A DNA stretch of 41,750 nucleotides from Candidatus Limnocylindria bacterium (GCA_036560105.1 DATBRU010000137.1:1-41750); one strand, 5' to 3'. Shown: positions 1 through 9,613, counted from the first letter of the stretch. A program made the numbers and translations. The notes: generated by a model from the sequence alone, not told the origin.

Positions 1-342
1 GAGGCGTGGCGCGTGCCGGTCATCGTCGGCGGGGCCGTACTCGAGTTCGTCGAGACCTCCGTGTCGATCTGGATTTCGCGTCGTTCGAGCGCCAAGGTCG
101 GCCCCGAAGCCCTGATCGGCTCGACCGCGACCGTGGTCGAGGACTGCATTCCCGAGGGACGGGTACGGATCCGCGGCGAGGTGTGGCGGGCGTGCAGCGA
201 CGTTGAGGCACGGACCGGTGAGCGCGTCCGGGTGGTCGAACGACGCGGGCTGACGCTGATCGTCAGACGAGCGAGCGAGCCTCTTCCATCGCGGCCGCAA
301 AGCGCGGAATCCCGTCCTCGACCATCTGATCCGACGCGGTGA
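1..342 (+). CDS. NfeD-family membrane protein, C-terminal part (5' end cut by the window edge)
   Basis: Frame 1 is open from base 1. A hydrophobic segment (VPVIVGGAVLEFVETSVSIW) is followed by an NfeD-type soluble beta domain (GSTATVVEDCIPEGRVRIRGEVWRA...GERVRVVERRGLTLIV). The last ~27 codons (263-342) run antisense to the 3' end of the next gene, so the true C-terminus is uncertain. Confidence 0.55.
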   Translation, partial: EAWRVPVIVGGAVLEFVETSVSIWISRRSSAKVGPEALIGSTATVVEDCIPEGRVRIRGEVWRACSDVEARTGERVRVVERRGLTLIVRRASEPLPSRPQSAESRPRPSDPTR

Positions 343-1450
343 GGCTGACTCGGAACCATCCGGGGACCTCGACGACCGTGCCCGGCAGGATCAGCACTCG
401 ATGGCGCGCCAGGATCTCGGCGAAGGCAACGTCGTCCGGGATGGGCGAACGAGCCATCGTGTAGAACGTGCCTTCCGGCAGTGAGGCCTCGTAGCCAAGG
501 TCGCGCAGGGCGGGCACCAGCCGATCGCGACGCCGCTGGAGCGCCCCGATGTCGATCGACAGGGTCTCCAGGTCCCCGAGCGCGTGCTGGAGGAGGGCGT
601 TGGGCCAGGCGTACCCGGTCGACGCCTGCTCGATGAAGATCGTCTCGCGCAGTTCCTCGCGGCCGGGCAGCGTCGGCGGCACGGTGAGGAAGCCGATGCG
701 CTGGCCCGGAGCCAACAGCGTCTTCCCGTACGAGTAGGTGATGATCGTGTGGGCGTAGTGCTCCGCGGGTGAGCTGTAGCCGCGGCCGTCGAAGACGATC
801 CGGTTGTACGGCTCGTCGCTGATGATCCAGATCGGATGCCCGATGCGCTCGGAGGCGTCGGTCAGCACCCGGGCAAGCGTCGCGAGATCGGCGGCGGAGT
901 AGATCCGTCCGCTCGGGTTGTGCGGGCTGTTGACGATGATCGCCCGGGTTCGGGGGGTGATGGCCGCCTCGATGCCGGCGAGGTTCGGGTCGAAGGCCGG
1001 AGGCTCCAGCGTGACCCGCACTGGCTCGCCGCCGGCGGCCAGGGTCAGGAACTCGTAGAAGAACCAGGGTGGCGAAAGGAAGATGACCTCGTCATCGGGC
1101 TCGACGAGCGTGCGCAGCGCCACGGCGAGCGCGCCGAATCCGCCGTTCGTCATCGCCACGTCCGCTGGATCCCACGCGAGCCCGGTCCGTCGGGTGAGCG
1201 TGTCGGCCACGATTCGCTGGGACTCCGGCTCGCTCAGCTTGTACGCGAACCAGTCCTTGTTGCGCGGCTCGATGTGCTTCTGCAGCGCCGCGACGTAGGC
1301 CGGCATCGGCATCTCCTGGGGGTTGCCGACCGCGAAGTTCGCGACGTCGCTCTCGGTGTTGAGGGTCGCGAACGGGCCGTTGAAGAAGGACAGGAACGGC
1401 GCGATGCTCCCGCGCATCCGCTCGCGTCGGGTGGTCGTCTCGATCGCCAT
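263..1450 (-). CDS. PLP-dependent aminotransferase, class I/II (fold type I)
   Basis: 395 aa starting at ATG (MAIETTTRRE...), which lies inside the 724-aa track ORF. Motifs NSPHNPSG and SYGKTLLAPGQRIGF (PLP lysine) are present. The upstream part of the track ORF is Arg/Pro-rich read-through over the EamA gene. Confidence 0.9.
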   Translation of the reverse strand: MAIETTTRRERMRGSIAPFLSFFNGPFATLNTESDVANFAVGNPQEMPMPAYVAALQKHIEPRNKDWFAYKLSEPESQRIVADTLTRRTGLAWDPADVAMTNGGFGALAVALRTLVEPDDEVIFLSPPWFFYEFLTLAAGGEPVRVTLEPPAFDPNLAGIEAAITPRTRAIIVNSPHNPSGRIYSAADLATLARVLTDASERIGHPIWIISDEPYNRIVFDGRGYSSPAEHYAHTIITYSYGKTLLAPGQRIGFLTVPPTLPGREELRETIFIEQASTGYAWPNALLQHALGDLETLSIDIGALQRRRDRLVPALRDLGYEASLPEGTFYTMARSPIPDDVAFAEILARHRVLILPGTVVEVPGWFRVSLTASDQMVEDGIPRFAAAMEEARSLV

Positions 1451-1470
1451 CGGTGGATAGTACGCCCCGC

Positions 1471-2418
1471 CTAGGCCGGCGTCGGGGTCGCGACCACCCC
1501 GCGACCGAACGCGGTCGCCAGCCGCGCCCGTGTCGACGCGATCGACGGAAGCGGCAGGCCGAGGACCAGGAACAGGCTCACGATCACCAGGCCGAAGCCG
1601 GCGACGAGGCCGGGGCCGATCGGCTCGGACAGCGCCAGCGCTCCCCACAGCATGCCAAAGGCCGGAACGATGAAGGTGACCGTGCTGGCGGCCATCGGCG
1701 TGGTGTGCGACAGCACCCGGAAGTAGAGCGGCCACGCCAGCGCCGTCGAGACCACCGCGGCGGCGACCAGCGCAGCGACACCGTCGACCGAGGGCACGCC
1801 CGGAGGTCCCGAGAGCAGGGCAACGGGCAGGAGCACAAGCGCGCCGATCGCGAGCTGGCCGGTCGCCAGCTCGACACCGGGCACGTCGTGCAGGCTGCGC
1901 CGGATGTACGTGCCGGCCACCGCGTAGCTCAGCGTCGCGCCGAGGACCGCGGCGACGGCGAGGATCGTGCCCGGGCCGGGCGGCAGCGGCGACCAGCCGA
2001 CCAGCACGAGGACCGCTGCCACGCCGATCCCCATGCCCAGCGCGGCTCGACCGGTGATCTTCTGGCCGATCCAGGCCGCCGACACGAGTGCGGTGAAGAT
2101 GGGCGTCGCGGCGTTGAGCAGGGCCCCGACCCCGGTCGGCAGCGTCACCGAGCCGAAGGCGATGAGGCTGAACGGTATCGCCGAGAACGTGATTCCCACG
2201 ACGGTGAACGGCACGAGGCGAGCCCGGATCGTTGGCCACGCGCGCCGGCCGAACAGGGCGATGAGGACGAGCGCGGCGAGACCGATGCGTGCCTCCGCCG
2301 CCCAGAGCGGGCCAACCTGGGGGGAGGCGATGCGAAGGAAGAGGAACGCCCCGCCCCACACGGCGCCGAGGACACCGAAGATGGCGAGGTCGGACAGGGA
2401 CACGCGTGGCGAGGACAT
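1471..2418 (-). CDS. EamA/DMT-family transporter
   Basis: 315 aa with about 10 predicted hydrophobic helices in two repeated halves, typical of drug/metabolite transporter proteins. ATG start. It lies 20 nt upstream of the aminotransferase on the same strand. Confidence 0.85.
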   Translation of the reverse strand: MSSPRVSLSDLAIFGVLGAVWGGAFLFLRIASPQVGPLWAAEARIGLAALVLIALFGRRAWPTIRARLVPFTVVGITFSAIPFSLIAFGSVTLPTGVGALLNAATPIFTALVSAAWIGQKITGRAALGMGIGVAAVLVLVGWSPLPPGPGTILAVAAVLGATLSYAVAGTYIRRSLHDVPGVELATGQLAIGALVLLPVALLSGPPGVPSVDGVAALVAAAVVSTALAWPLYFRVLSHTTPMAASTVTFIVPAFGMLWGALALSEPIGPGLVAGFGLVIVSLFLVLGLPLPSIASTRARLATAFGRGVVATPTPA

Positions 2419-2509
2419 GGGGCGAGCATGGGCTCACGGCTCAGCGCGGTCACCGGTCGGATCGCCGCGCGCGACTACGTCGTTCGGCCCCGGTAGCATT
2501 CAGCCTTCC

Positions 2510-3184
2510 ATGGCTGACGACGCACCGATCAGGTTCGAGCTGCGCCGAGGGGCCGTGACAGCGGTGCCCCTCGGGATCGCGGTCGGGTTGTTCGGCGTCT
2601 CGTTCGGGGTGCTCTCGGCGACGTCGGGCGGGATGGGCGCACTCCCCGCGATCGTGATGAGCGCGACGACCTTCGCCGGCTCGGCCCAGTTCGCCGCCGC
2701 TTCGGTGCTGTCGAGCGGGGGTCAGCCGCTCGCCGCGATCGCCGCCGCGCTCCTGCTGAACGCTCGCTATCTGCCGATCGGCGTGAGCGTGGCGCCGTAC
2801 CTCACCGGTGGCCCGGTGCGCAGGTTCCTCCAGGCCCAGCTCGTCGTGGACGAGTCGTGGGCGATCGCGGCGCAGGGCGAGGGCCGCTTCGATTCGAGCC
2901 GTCTCGTCGGCGCGGGGATCGTCCTGTGGCTGTGCTGGGTCGGGGGCACGATCATCGGCGCCATCGGCGGCGAGGCGCTCGGCGACCCGACCGTCCTTGG
3001 TCTCGACGCCGCCTTTCCCGCCCTGTTCCTGGCCCTCCTGGTCGGGCAGCTCGGGTCACGCCTCGCCGTCGTCGCCGCGCTGCTCGGTGCCGGTATCGCC
3101 GTGGCGCTCGTTCCCTTCACCCCGCCCGGCGTGCCGATCATCGCCGCGGCGCTGGCGGCGCTCATCGGGCTCGTGCGCCGATGA
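2510..3184 (+). CDS. azlC: AzlC-family branched-chain amino acid exporter subunit
   Basis: 224 aa (MADDAPIRFELRRG...). It is polytopic and carries AzlC-like GSAQF and LLLNARY segments. Its stop overlaps the ATG of the following small hydrophobic gene (ATGA). Confidence 0.85.
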   Translation: MADDAPIRFELRRGAVTAVPLGIAVGLFGVSFGVLSATSGGMGALPAIVMSATTFAGSAQFAAASVLSSGGQPLAAIAAALLLNARYLPIGVSVAPYLTGGPVRRFLQAQLVVDESWAIAAQGEGRFDSSRLVGAGIVLWLCWVGGTIIGAIGGEALGDPTVLGLDAAFPALFLALLVGQLGSRLAVVAALLGAGIAVALVPFTPPGVPIIAAALAALIGLVRR

Positions 3185-3495
3185 CCGATACCTGGCTCGT
3201 CGTGGCCGTGGTGGCCGGCGGCACGATCGTCATCAAGGCCTCGGGCCCGGTGCTCCTCGGTGGCCGGCCGCTGCCCGCCAGGGTGCAGTCCGTCGTGGCG
3301 CTCCTGGCACCGGCCCTCCTCGCCGCACTCGTCGCCACGACCACGCTCGGAAGGGGGCAGGAGCTCGTCGCCGATGCGCGGCTCATCGGCGTCGGTGTCG
3401 CGGCCGTGGCCCTGGCGCTGCGAGCCCCGGTGCTGCTCGTGGTCCTCGTCGCGGCCGTGGCGGCCGCGCTCGCTCGACTCGCCGGAGTCGCCTGA
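3181..3495 (+). CDS. azlD: AzlD-family small membrane protein
   Basis: 104 aa and very hydrophobic (MTDTWLVVAVVAGGTIVIKASGPVLLGG...). It has a 4-nt ATGA overlap with azlC, which is the canonical azlCD pairing. Confidence 0.75.
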   Translation: MTDTWLVVAVVAGGTIVIKASGPVLLGGRPLPARVQSVVALLAPALLAALVATTTLGRGQELVADARLIGVGVAAVALALRAPVLLVVLVAAVAAALARLAGVA

Positions 3496-3497
3496 GG

Positions 3498-4760
3498 TCA
3501 GCCCTCGGCGCTCACCGTCGTGGGCGTGCCCGGATCCTCGCGAGGCACCCAGAACGCTGCCGCCAGGGCCGATGCGGTCGCCCCGCCAAGACCCAGGATC
3601 ACGATCGCCAGCTCGATCGACTGGGTGGCCAGGACCCCCGCGACCGCGGCGCCGATCGGGATGCCGAGGTAGTTGAATGCCATGGACACGCTGAATGCGC
3701 GGCCGATCCAGGCGGGATCCGTGCGCCGCTGTCTCACCGTGAAGAGCGCGATGTCCATGGGCCCGAGGAGGATGCCGACGATCACCATGTAGGTCGCCAG
3801 CAGCGCGATGCCGATGCCGGACGGCGCGCCGGCCGCAAGGAGCATCAGGCCGACGGTCGGGACGAGCGCCACCATCGGCCAGACCAGCAGGGACCACTCG
3901 CGTCCACGGGTGTCCATCCGGCCGAACAGGAAGGCGGACGCGACGCCCGAGATGCCTGACGCGGCGAACACCAACCCGACGACGGCCTCCCCCAGGCCGA
4001 AGCGCTGGAGGACGATGAGCGGCAGGACGATCGCGGTCATCCCGTGCAGCAGGTTCCCGAAGGTGATCGAAAAGCCGAGCCCACGAAGGGTTCGGTTCCG
4101 CCACGTGTATGCGAGGCCGGCGCGGGCGTCGGCCAGGATGCGCCCGGTCGAGGAGCTCGGCGCCGCAGGCTCCGGCACACCGACGAGCACGACCGCGGCA
4201 ATGCCGAAGACGATCCCGATGACGATCAGTGCGGTGGCCCCGCCCAGCACGGCAACCAGGACGGCGGCGATCGGCGGCCCGACGATGGTGGCCACGACGT
4301 ACCCGTTGGAGTCGACAGCGTTCACTCGCTCCCACAGGGGCTCGGGAACGAGGATGGGGAACAGCGAGCGCAGGCCGACGTGGCTGAGGATCGACGTCAG
4401 CGAGCTGATGGTCGCGATGACGACGAGCAGCGCGCCCGGGAGGACATCGAGGATGGCCAGCGCACCGATCACGAACAACGCGACGAGGGCGACGACGTAG
4501 TCGAGCACGACCAGCCTGATGCGGCCGTGGCGGTCGAGCAGCGCGCCGGCGATCGGGCTGATGAGCAGGCCGGGAAAGATGCTGGCGAACGTGACGAGGC
4601 CCGCGAAGGCGGGCGAGCCATATCGATCCAGGGTGAACAGCACGAGTGCGACCGCGACCATCGACTGGGCGACGCGCGCCAGCTGCATCGAGACGAGGAC
4701 TCGACGGATCGTCGGGACCTGCAGCAGGGCGCGGTAGGATCGATCGGTGGGCTGGGTCAC
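3498..4760 (-). CDS. MFS transporter
   Basis: 420 aa with about 12 hydrophobic helices and an MFS loop motif (GALLDRHGRIR) between TM2 and TM3. GTG start. Confidence 0.85.
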   Translation of the reverse strand: MTQPTDRSYRALLQVPTIRRVLVSMQLARVAQSMVAVALVLFTLDRYGSPAFAGLVTFASIFPGLLISPIAGALLDRHGRIRLVVLDYVVALVALFVIGALAILDVLPGALLVVIATISSLTSILSHVGLRSLFPILVPEPLWERVNAVDSNGYVVATIVGPPIAAVLVAVLGGATALIVIGIVFGIAAVVLVGVPEPAAPSSSTGRILADARAGLAYTWRNRTLRGLGFSITFGNLLHGMTAIVLPLIVLQRFGLGEAVVGLVFAASGISGVASAFLFGRMDTRGREWSLLVWPMVALVPTVGLMLLAAGAPSGIGIALLATYMVIVGILLGPMDIALFTVRQRRTDPAWIGRAFSVSMAFNYLGIPIGAAVAGVLATQSIELAIVILGLGGATASALAAAFWVPREDPGTPTTVSAEG

Positions 4761-4776
4761 GCGGACGGGGTGAGGC

Positions 4777-5691
4777 CTACCAGGGCAGCAGCTGGCGCAG
4801 GACGAAGGTGACGTTCGCCGGCCGCTCGGCCAGGCGCCTCAGGTACCACGGATACCAGAACTCGCCGTAGGCGATCAGCACGCGGGCGCGGTACCCGGCC
4901 TTCGCCAGGCGTTCGAGCTCGTCGCCGCGGATTCCGTACAGCATCTCGACCTCGTACCGGTCGCGGCCGATCCCGGCCGCCTCCGCGGCGGCCCCGATCT
5001 GCTCGATGAGGCGCACGTCGTGGGTGCCGAGGCCGACGAGGCCGGTCCCCTCGCGCAGAAGCGCGATGCACTGGGCGACGAAGCTGGCGTCCACCTCGGA
5101 TCGCGTCCGATAGGCAATCGAGGCCGGCTCGTCGTAGGCGCCCTTCACCAGGCGGATGGCCGGCTGGAGCGGCAGAAGGCGTGTCACGTCCGCGGCCGTG
5201 CGCTTGAGGTACGCCTGGAGGCAGAGCCCGAGGTTGGGGTGGTCCGGCTTCATGGCCTCGTACAGCGCGACCGTCGCCTCGGTGTACTCGCTCCCCTCCA
5301 TGTCGATCCAGACCGTCCCCAGTCCCAGCTCGCGGGCGTGCGTGGCGAGGGTGGCCACGTGCCTGCGCGTGACCTCCGGATCAAGGTCGAGGCCCAGCTG
5401 GGTGAGCTTCACGCTGACCTCACCGTCCATCCCGCGCGACCGGATCTGATCGAGGGCGCCGAGGTAGTGGGCGGCGATCGCATCGGCCTCGGCCAGGTCG
5501 GTCAGGTTCTCGCCGAGGCGTGTGAAGAAGGCGGTGATCCCCGACGGCGTGAATGCCTCGGCGGCGACGAGGGCGTCCTCGAGCCGCTCGCCGGGCATGA
5601 AGCGACGCACCGCTCGCTTGGCGAACCACCAGGTGGGCACGTGTTCGCGGAGCCACGGGTTGCGGGCCATCCACAGGAAGACGCGTCGCAT
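4777..5691 (-). CDS. Proline dehydrogenase (monofunctional PRODH)
   Basis: 304 aa. Proline-dehydrogenase barrel signatures are present: VSVKLTQLG, IRLVKGAY, EVEMLYGI, and C-terminal YLRRLAERPANVTFVLR. An alternative ATG start lies at 5670. Confidence 0.85.
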   Translation of the reverse strand: MRRVFLWMARNPWLREHVPTWWFAKRAVRRFMPGERLEDALVAAEAFTPSGITAFFTRLGENLTDLAEADAIAAHYLGALDQIRSRGMDGEVSVKLTQLGLDLDPEVTRRHVATLATHARELGLGTVWIDMEGSEYTEATVALYEAMKPDHPNLGLCLQAYLKRTAADVTRLLPLQPAIRLVKGAYDEPASIAYRTRSEVDASFVAQCIALLREGTGLVGLGTHDVRLIEQIGAAAEAAGIGRDRYEVEMLYGIRGDELERLAKAGYRARVLIAYGEFWYPWYLRRLAERPANVTFVLRQLLPW

Positions 5692-5789
5692 GAGCGCCGA
5701 TGGTAGCGGCAGCGAGTACCCTGTGCGTCGCGCCGAGCCGATGGAGGAGCCGCGGCACGAGCGCGTGCGTACCGAGATCGTCCACTCCC

Positions 5790-6407
5790 ATGCGCCTTCC
5801 CTTCATTCCACGCGAAGAGAAGTTCTTCGACATGTTCGTCGAGGACGCCCAGAACGTCCTCGCCGGCGCGAGGACCCTCCACGAGTTCTTCCGCTCGTAC
5901 GACCAGCGCGAGCGCCTGGCGAGCCAGCTGCAGGACCTCGAGAAGCGCGGGGACTCCATCAGCCATGACATCGGGCACAAGCTGATGGACACGTTCGTCA
6001 CGCCGTTCGACCGAGAGGACATCCACGAGCTCATCACCGGCCTCGACGACATCCTCGACTTCGTGGAGGAGGTGGCCGACACGTGCATCCTCTTCCGCAT
6101 CGAGGCCCCGACCCCGATCTGCACGCAGCAGGCGGAGATCATCGTGCGGCAGTGTGAAGAGATCGTCCGCGCCCTCGAGAAGCTCAAGGGCTTCAAGGAC
6201 GTGGCGCCGCACTGGATCGAGGTGCATCGGCTCGAAAACGAGGGTGATCGGATCGGGCGCCAGGCCGTGGCCGACCTGTTCATGGACGGGATGGACCCGG
6301 TCGAGGTCATCAAGTGGAAGGACGTGTACGCCCTCCTCGAGTCGGGGATCGATGCCTGTGAGGATGTCGCCAACGTGATCGAGCGTATCGTCGCGAAGCA
6401 TGCCTGA
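5790..6407 (+). CDS. DUF47 / PhoU-like Pit accessory protein (YkaA family)
   Basis: 205 aa starting MRLPFIPREEKFFDMF. It has a helical repeat with the E/D-x3-D type motif (HRLENEGDRI) and overlaps the start of the Pit transporter by 8 nt. There is no obvious Shine-Dalgarno sequence. Confidence 0.85.
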   Translation: MRLPFIPREEKFFDMFVEDAQNVLAGARTLHEFFRSYDQRERLASQLQDLEKRGDSISHDIGHKLMDTFVTPFDREDIHELITGLDDILDFVEEVADTCILFRIEAPTPICTQQAEIIVRQCEEIVRALEKLKGFKDVAPHWIEVHRLENEGDRIGRQAVADLFMDGMDPVEVIKWKDVYALLESGIDACEDVANVIERIVAKHA

Positions 6408-7416
6408 GGGCGTCACCCTCAGCCTGCTGGTGGTTCTCGGGCTCGCGGTCGCGTTCGACTACATCAACGGCTTCCACGACACCGCCAACTCCATCGCCAC
6501 CAGCGTCAGCACGCGGGCGCTGCGGCCGGGTTGGGCGATCGTCATGAGCGCCGTCGCCAACTTCGCGGGGGCCCTCACCGGGCTGGCTGTTGCGGAGACG
6601 ATCGGGTCCGGCCTGATCGACCAGGCCGCCGAATCCCAGACGGTGGTAGCCGCGGCGCTGGTCGGTGCGATCGTCTGGAACCTGGTGACCTGGCGGCTCG
6701 GCATCCCGTCCTCATCGAGCCATGCGTTGATCGGGGGCCTGCTCGGCGCCTCGCTCATCGCGGCGGGCATCTCGTCGTGGAACATCGTTGGCATCGTCAC
6801 CAAGGTGCTCGTGCCACTCGTCGCATCGCCCTTCATCGGCTTCGGGGGCGGCCTGCTGCTGATGGCGCTCATCTTCAACGTGTTCCGCAGGGCGAACCCG
6901 AGGAGGCTGAACGCAGTCTTCCGTCGCCTCCAGGTGGGATCGGCGGCGTTCATGGCATTCAGCCACGGGAGCAACGACGCTCAGAAGACGATGGGCATCA
7001 TGACCTTGGCGCTCGTGACGGCAGGCGTGATCGACTCATTCGAGGTCCCGCTGTGGGTCATCCTCACCGCGGCTTCGGCCATCAGCCTCGGCACTGCGGC
7101 CGGGGGCTGGCGCATCATCAAGACGATGGGCCAGAAGGTTGTCAAGCTCGAGCCTGTCCACGGGTTCGCGGCCGAGACCACCGCCGCAACGGTCATCTTC
7201 GGCGCGTCGCAGTTCGGCATGCCGGTGAGCACGACCCACGTCATCAGCTCGGCGATCATGGGCGTCGGGTCGTCCGATCGGCTCAAGACCGTCCGTTGGG
7301 GAGTCGCGCGATCGATCGTGACGGCCTGGCTTCTCACCATTCCCGCGTCGGGCGCCACGGCGGCAATCGCCTACCTCGTGCTCAGCACGATCCTTCGGGT
7401 CAGCGGCGCGACTTAA
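6400..7416 (+). CDS. pit: Inorganic phosphate transporter, PiT family
   Basis: 338 aa. The PiT signature GFHDTANSIAT is near the N-terminus and the repeated half-signature SHGSNDAQKTMG is also present. The protein is polytopic. Confidence 0.9.
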   Translation: MPEGVTLSLLVVLGLAVAFDYINGFHDTANSIATSVSTRALRPGWAIVMSAVANFAGALTGLAVAETIGSGLIDQAAESQTVVAAALVGAIVWNLVTWRLGIPSSSSHALIGGLLGASLIAAGISSWNIVGIVTKVLVPLVASPFIGFGGGLLLMALIFNVFRRANPRRLNAVFRRLQVGSAAFMAFSHGSNDAQKTMGIMTLALVTAGVIDSFEVPLWVILTAASAISLGTAAGGWRIIKTMGQKVVKLEPVHGFAAETTAATVIFGASQFGMPVSTTHVISSAIMGVGSSDRLKTVRWGVARSIVTAWLLTIPASGATAAIAYLVLSTILRVSGAT

Positions 7417-7456
7417 CCCACGCTTCACACGTCGCTAAGGCCGCGTTAAGGGCACC
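7411..7456 (+). promoter_or_regulatory. Candidate Pho-box-like phased repeats upstream of pstS
   Basis: This is a locally AT-richer stretch 77-122 nt upstream of the pstS start. Hexamers CTTAAC (7412), CTTCAC (7423), CTAAGG (7435) and TTAAGG (7446) are spaced 11, 12 and 11 nt apart. PhoB/PhoP-type boxes are direct repeats with ~11-bp phasing. This is motif similarity only. Confidence 0.3.
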
Positions 7457-7532
7457 CACCCACGGTGTGCTCATCAACGTGTGCCCGATCCTGCCGTGCG
7501 CCGGCCGGGCCCAGCCGTTCGGAGGAGAAACC

Positions 7533-8573
7533 TTGAACCTGATGCGAACGGGGCGGCGCCCCGCACTTGCCATCGCGATGGTGGGAGCTCTGGCCCTGAC
7601 CGCCTGCTCGAGCAACTCCGGCGACGGGTCGGGCGAGCCGCCCACCAGCCAGGGCGGAAGCGACCTGACCGGCGAGGTCACGGTCTCCGGGTCGTCGACG
7701 GTCGAGCCGATCACGTCGATCGTCGCCGCGAACTTCAACGATGCCAATCCCGGCGTCGAGTACAGCGTCGACGGTCCGGGGACCGGCGACGGATTCGCAC
7801 TCTTCTGCGAGGGTGGCGTCGATGTCGCCGACGCCTCGCGCCCAATCAGCGAGGAGGAGACCGCGGCCTGCGAAGAGGCCGGTGTCAACTGGATCGAGCT
7901 CCAGGTCGCCATCGACGGCATCAGCGTCATCACGTCGCCCGAGACGACCGGCGTGACCTGCCTCAGCTTCGCCGACCTCTATGCGCTCACCGGGCCGGAG
8001 TCCCAGGGCGTCGGCAACTGGAACGACGCCGATGCGCTGGCAGAGGAGATCGGGTCCGGCGACTTCGGCGAGATCCACGCTCCCTTCCCGGCCGAGACGC
8101 TCACGATCGCGGCGCCTGGCGAAGAGTCGGGCACGTACGACACCTACGTCGAGTTCGTCATCTCCGACCTGGCGGAGGCGCGAGAAGCTGAGGAGGCAAC
8201 GCGCCCCGATTACCAGTCGTCCGACGACGACAACGTGATCATCGAGAACATCGGCGGCTCGCCGTTCACGCTCGGATGGGTGGGCTTCGCGTTCGCCGAC
8301 CTCAACAGCGACTCGGTGCAGTCGCTCGAGGTCGATGGCGGCGCCGGGTGCGTGGCTCCGACCACGGAGACCATCGCGTCGGGCGAGTACCCGATGAGCC
8401 GGCCGCTGTTCATCTACGTCAACACGGACGAGGCCGCCGCTCGGCCGGAGCTCGCCGCCTTCGTCGACTTCTATCTCTCCGACGAGGGAATCGCCGCGGT
8501 CAGCGAGGCCGACTATGTCGAGCTCACGCCCGAGGCCCTCGACGAGACCCGGGCCGCGTGGGACGGCCGCTGA
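7533..8573 (+). CDS. pstS: Phosphate ABC transporter substrate-binding lipoprotein PstS
   Basis: Only the C-terminal ~345 aa of the 680-aa track ORF are real. GGAGGAG at 7521-7527 lies 5 nt before TTG 7533, and an alternative ATG is at 7542. It has a signal peptide with lipobox LTAC and PBP-type motifs (VSGSSTV, GTGDG, PMSRPLFIY). Confidence 0.88.
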   Translation: MNLMRTGRRPALAIAMVGALALTACSSNSGDGSGEPPTSQGGSDLTGEVTVSGSSTVEPITSIVAANFNDANPGVEYSVDGPGTGDGFALFCEGGVDVADASRPISEEETAACEEAGVNWIELQVAIDGISVITSPETTGVTCLSFADLYALTGPESQGVGNWNDADALAEEIGSGDFGEIHAPFPAETLTIAAPGEESGTYDTYVEFVISDLAEAREAEEATRPDYQSSDDDNVIIENIGGSPFTLGWVGFAFADLNSDSVQSLEVDGGAGCVAPTTETIASGEYPMSRPLFIYVNTDEAAARPELAAFVDFYLSDEGIAAVSEADYVELTPEALDETRAAWDGR

Positions 8574-8596
8574 ACCGGGACCTCCTCCTCCCCCTT

Positions 8597-8631
8597 GCCG
8601 GACCGGGCGAGCTCCTCTCGCCCGGTCCGGC
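8597..8631 (+). promoter_or_regulatory. Perfect 15-bp stem-loop between pstS and pstC
   Basis: GCCGGACCGGGCGAG (8597-8611), a 5-nt loop CTCCT, then CTCGCCCGGTCCGGC (8617-8631). No U-tract follows. This is consistent with an intra-operon mRNA stabiliser or partial terminator. Confidence 0.5.
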
Positions 8632-8671
8632 CGTACTCGATGTTTCGGAGCCCAGCTAGGATGAGCCACCG

Positions 8672-9613
8672 ATGACGGCCAGCACCGCCCGTCCCCCCGC
8701 GCCGATCGCGCCCTCCGATCTCCAGATCGCGAGGGGCCGCAAGGCCCGTGAGCGGGCGATCCGCACGTTTTTCCTCGCGGCCGCGGCGTTTTCGATCGTC
8801 GTCAGCGTCGCCATCGTCGTGTCGCTGCTCGGGAACGCCCTGTACTTCCTCATCAACGTCGACAAGTCGGCTCTCTTCACCGATGGATGGTTCCCGCGTC
8901 GCGGGCTCTACGACATCGCCACGATCCTCGCCGGCACGCTCGTCATCAGCGCAGTCGGGATGCTCGTCGCCACGCCGCTCGGCCTCGGGGCAGGCATCTA
9001 CCTGTCGGAGTACGCCAGTCCCCGGACCCGGCGACTCCTCAAGCCGGTGCTCGAGATCCTGGCCTCGATCCCGAGTGTCGTGCTCGGCTTCTTCGCCTTG
9101 ACCTGGATCAGCCCGAACATCGTCCAGCCGCTGACCGGGGCGCCGCTCTCGAACATGGCTGCGGCCGGGCTGGCCGTCGGGATCCTCATCACACCGCTCG
9201 TCGCGTCGGTGAGCGAGGATGCGATGCATGCGGTCCCGCTCTACCTCCGCGAGGCGGCGTACGGCCTCGGAGCGCGGAAGCGCACCACGAGCCTGCGCGT
9301 CGTTGTGCCGGCGGCGATCTCGGGGATCGTGGCGGCGCTCCTGCTCGGCGTGTCGCGCGCGATCGGCGAGACGATGATCGTGGCCATCGCGGCAGGCGGA
9401 ACCGGCGGGTCGCTGTTCCAGGTCAATCCGTTCGAGCCGGGCCAGACCATGACGGCCGCGATGACCGCGCTGGCCATCGGCTCCGATCGCGTGCAGGGCG
9501 AAGAGCTGACCTTCGAAAGCCTGTTCTTCGTCGGCCTGCTCCTGTTCCTCATCACGCTCGTGCTCAACCTGGCCAGTGACGCCTTCGTGCGCCGCGTGCG
9601 GAGGGCGTACTGA
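8672..9613 (+). CDS. pstC: Phosphate ABC transporter permease PstC
   Basis: 313 aa with six hydrophobic helices and an EAA-type loop (YLREAAYGLGARKRTT). It follows pstS. Confidence 0.9.
   Translation: MTASTARPPAPIAPSDLQIARGRKARERAIRTFFLAAAAFSIVVSVAIVVSLLGNALYFLINVDKSALFTDGWFPRRGLYDIATILAGTLVISAVGMLVATPLGLGAGIYLSEYASPRTRRLLKPVLEILASIPSVVLGFFALTWISPNIVQPLTGAPLSNMAAAGLAVGILITPLVASVSEDAMHAVPLYLREAAYGLGARKRTTSLRVVVPAAISGIVAALLLGVSRAIGETMIVAIAAGGTGGSLFQVNPFEPGQTMTAAMTALAIGSDRVQGEELTFESLFFVGLLLFLITLVLNLASDAFVRRVRRAY

Noticed and set aside
263-2437. A 724-aa minus-strand ORF that looks like one very large protein
   Set aside because: Only the last 395 aa (from ATG 1450) have aminotransferase character. 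The upstream 330 aa are Arg/Pro/Gly-rich and run out of frame over the well-supported EamA transporter gene (1471-2418). This is a high-GC read-through artefact.
2767-4335. A 522-aa minus-strand ORF and several 200-380-aa plus-strand ORFs across azlCD and the MFS gene
   Set aside because: These are off-frame or antisense translations with extreme Arg/Gly/Pro content. The real genes in this region (azlC, azlD, MFS) have coherent transmembrane profiles.
6531-7532. The N-terminal 335 aa of the 680-aa track ORF that ends as PstS
   Set aside because: This part is out of frame over the Pit transporter gene and the intergenic region. PstS proper begins at its signal peptide and lipobox (7533/7542), which are preceded by a Shine-Dalgarno sequence.
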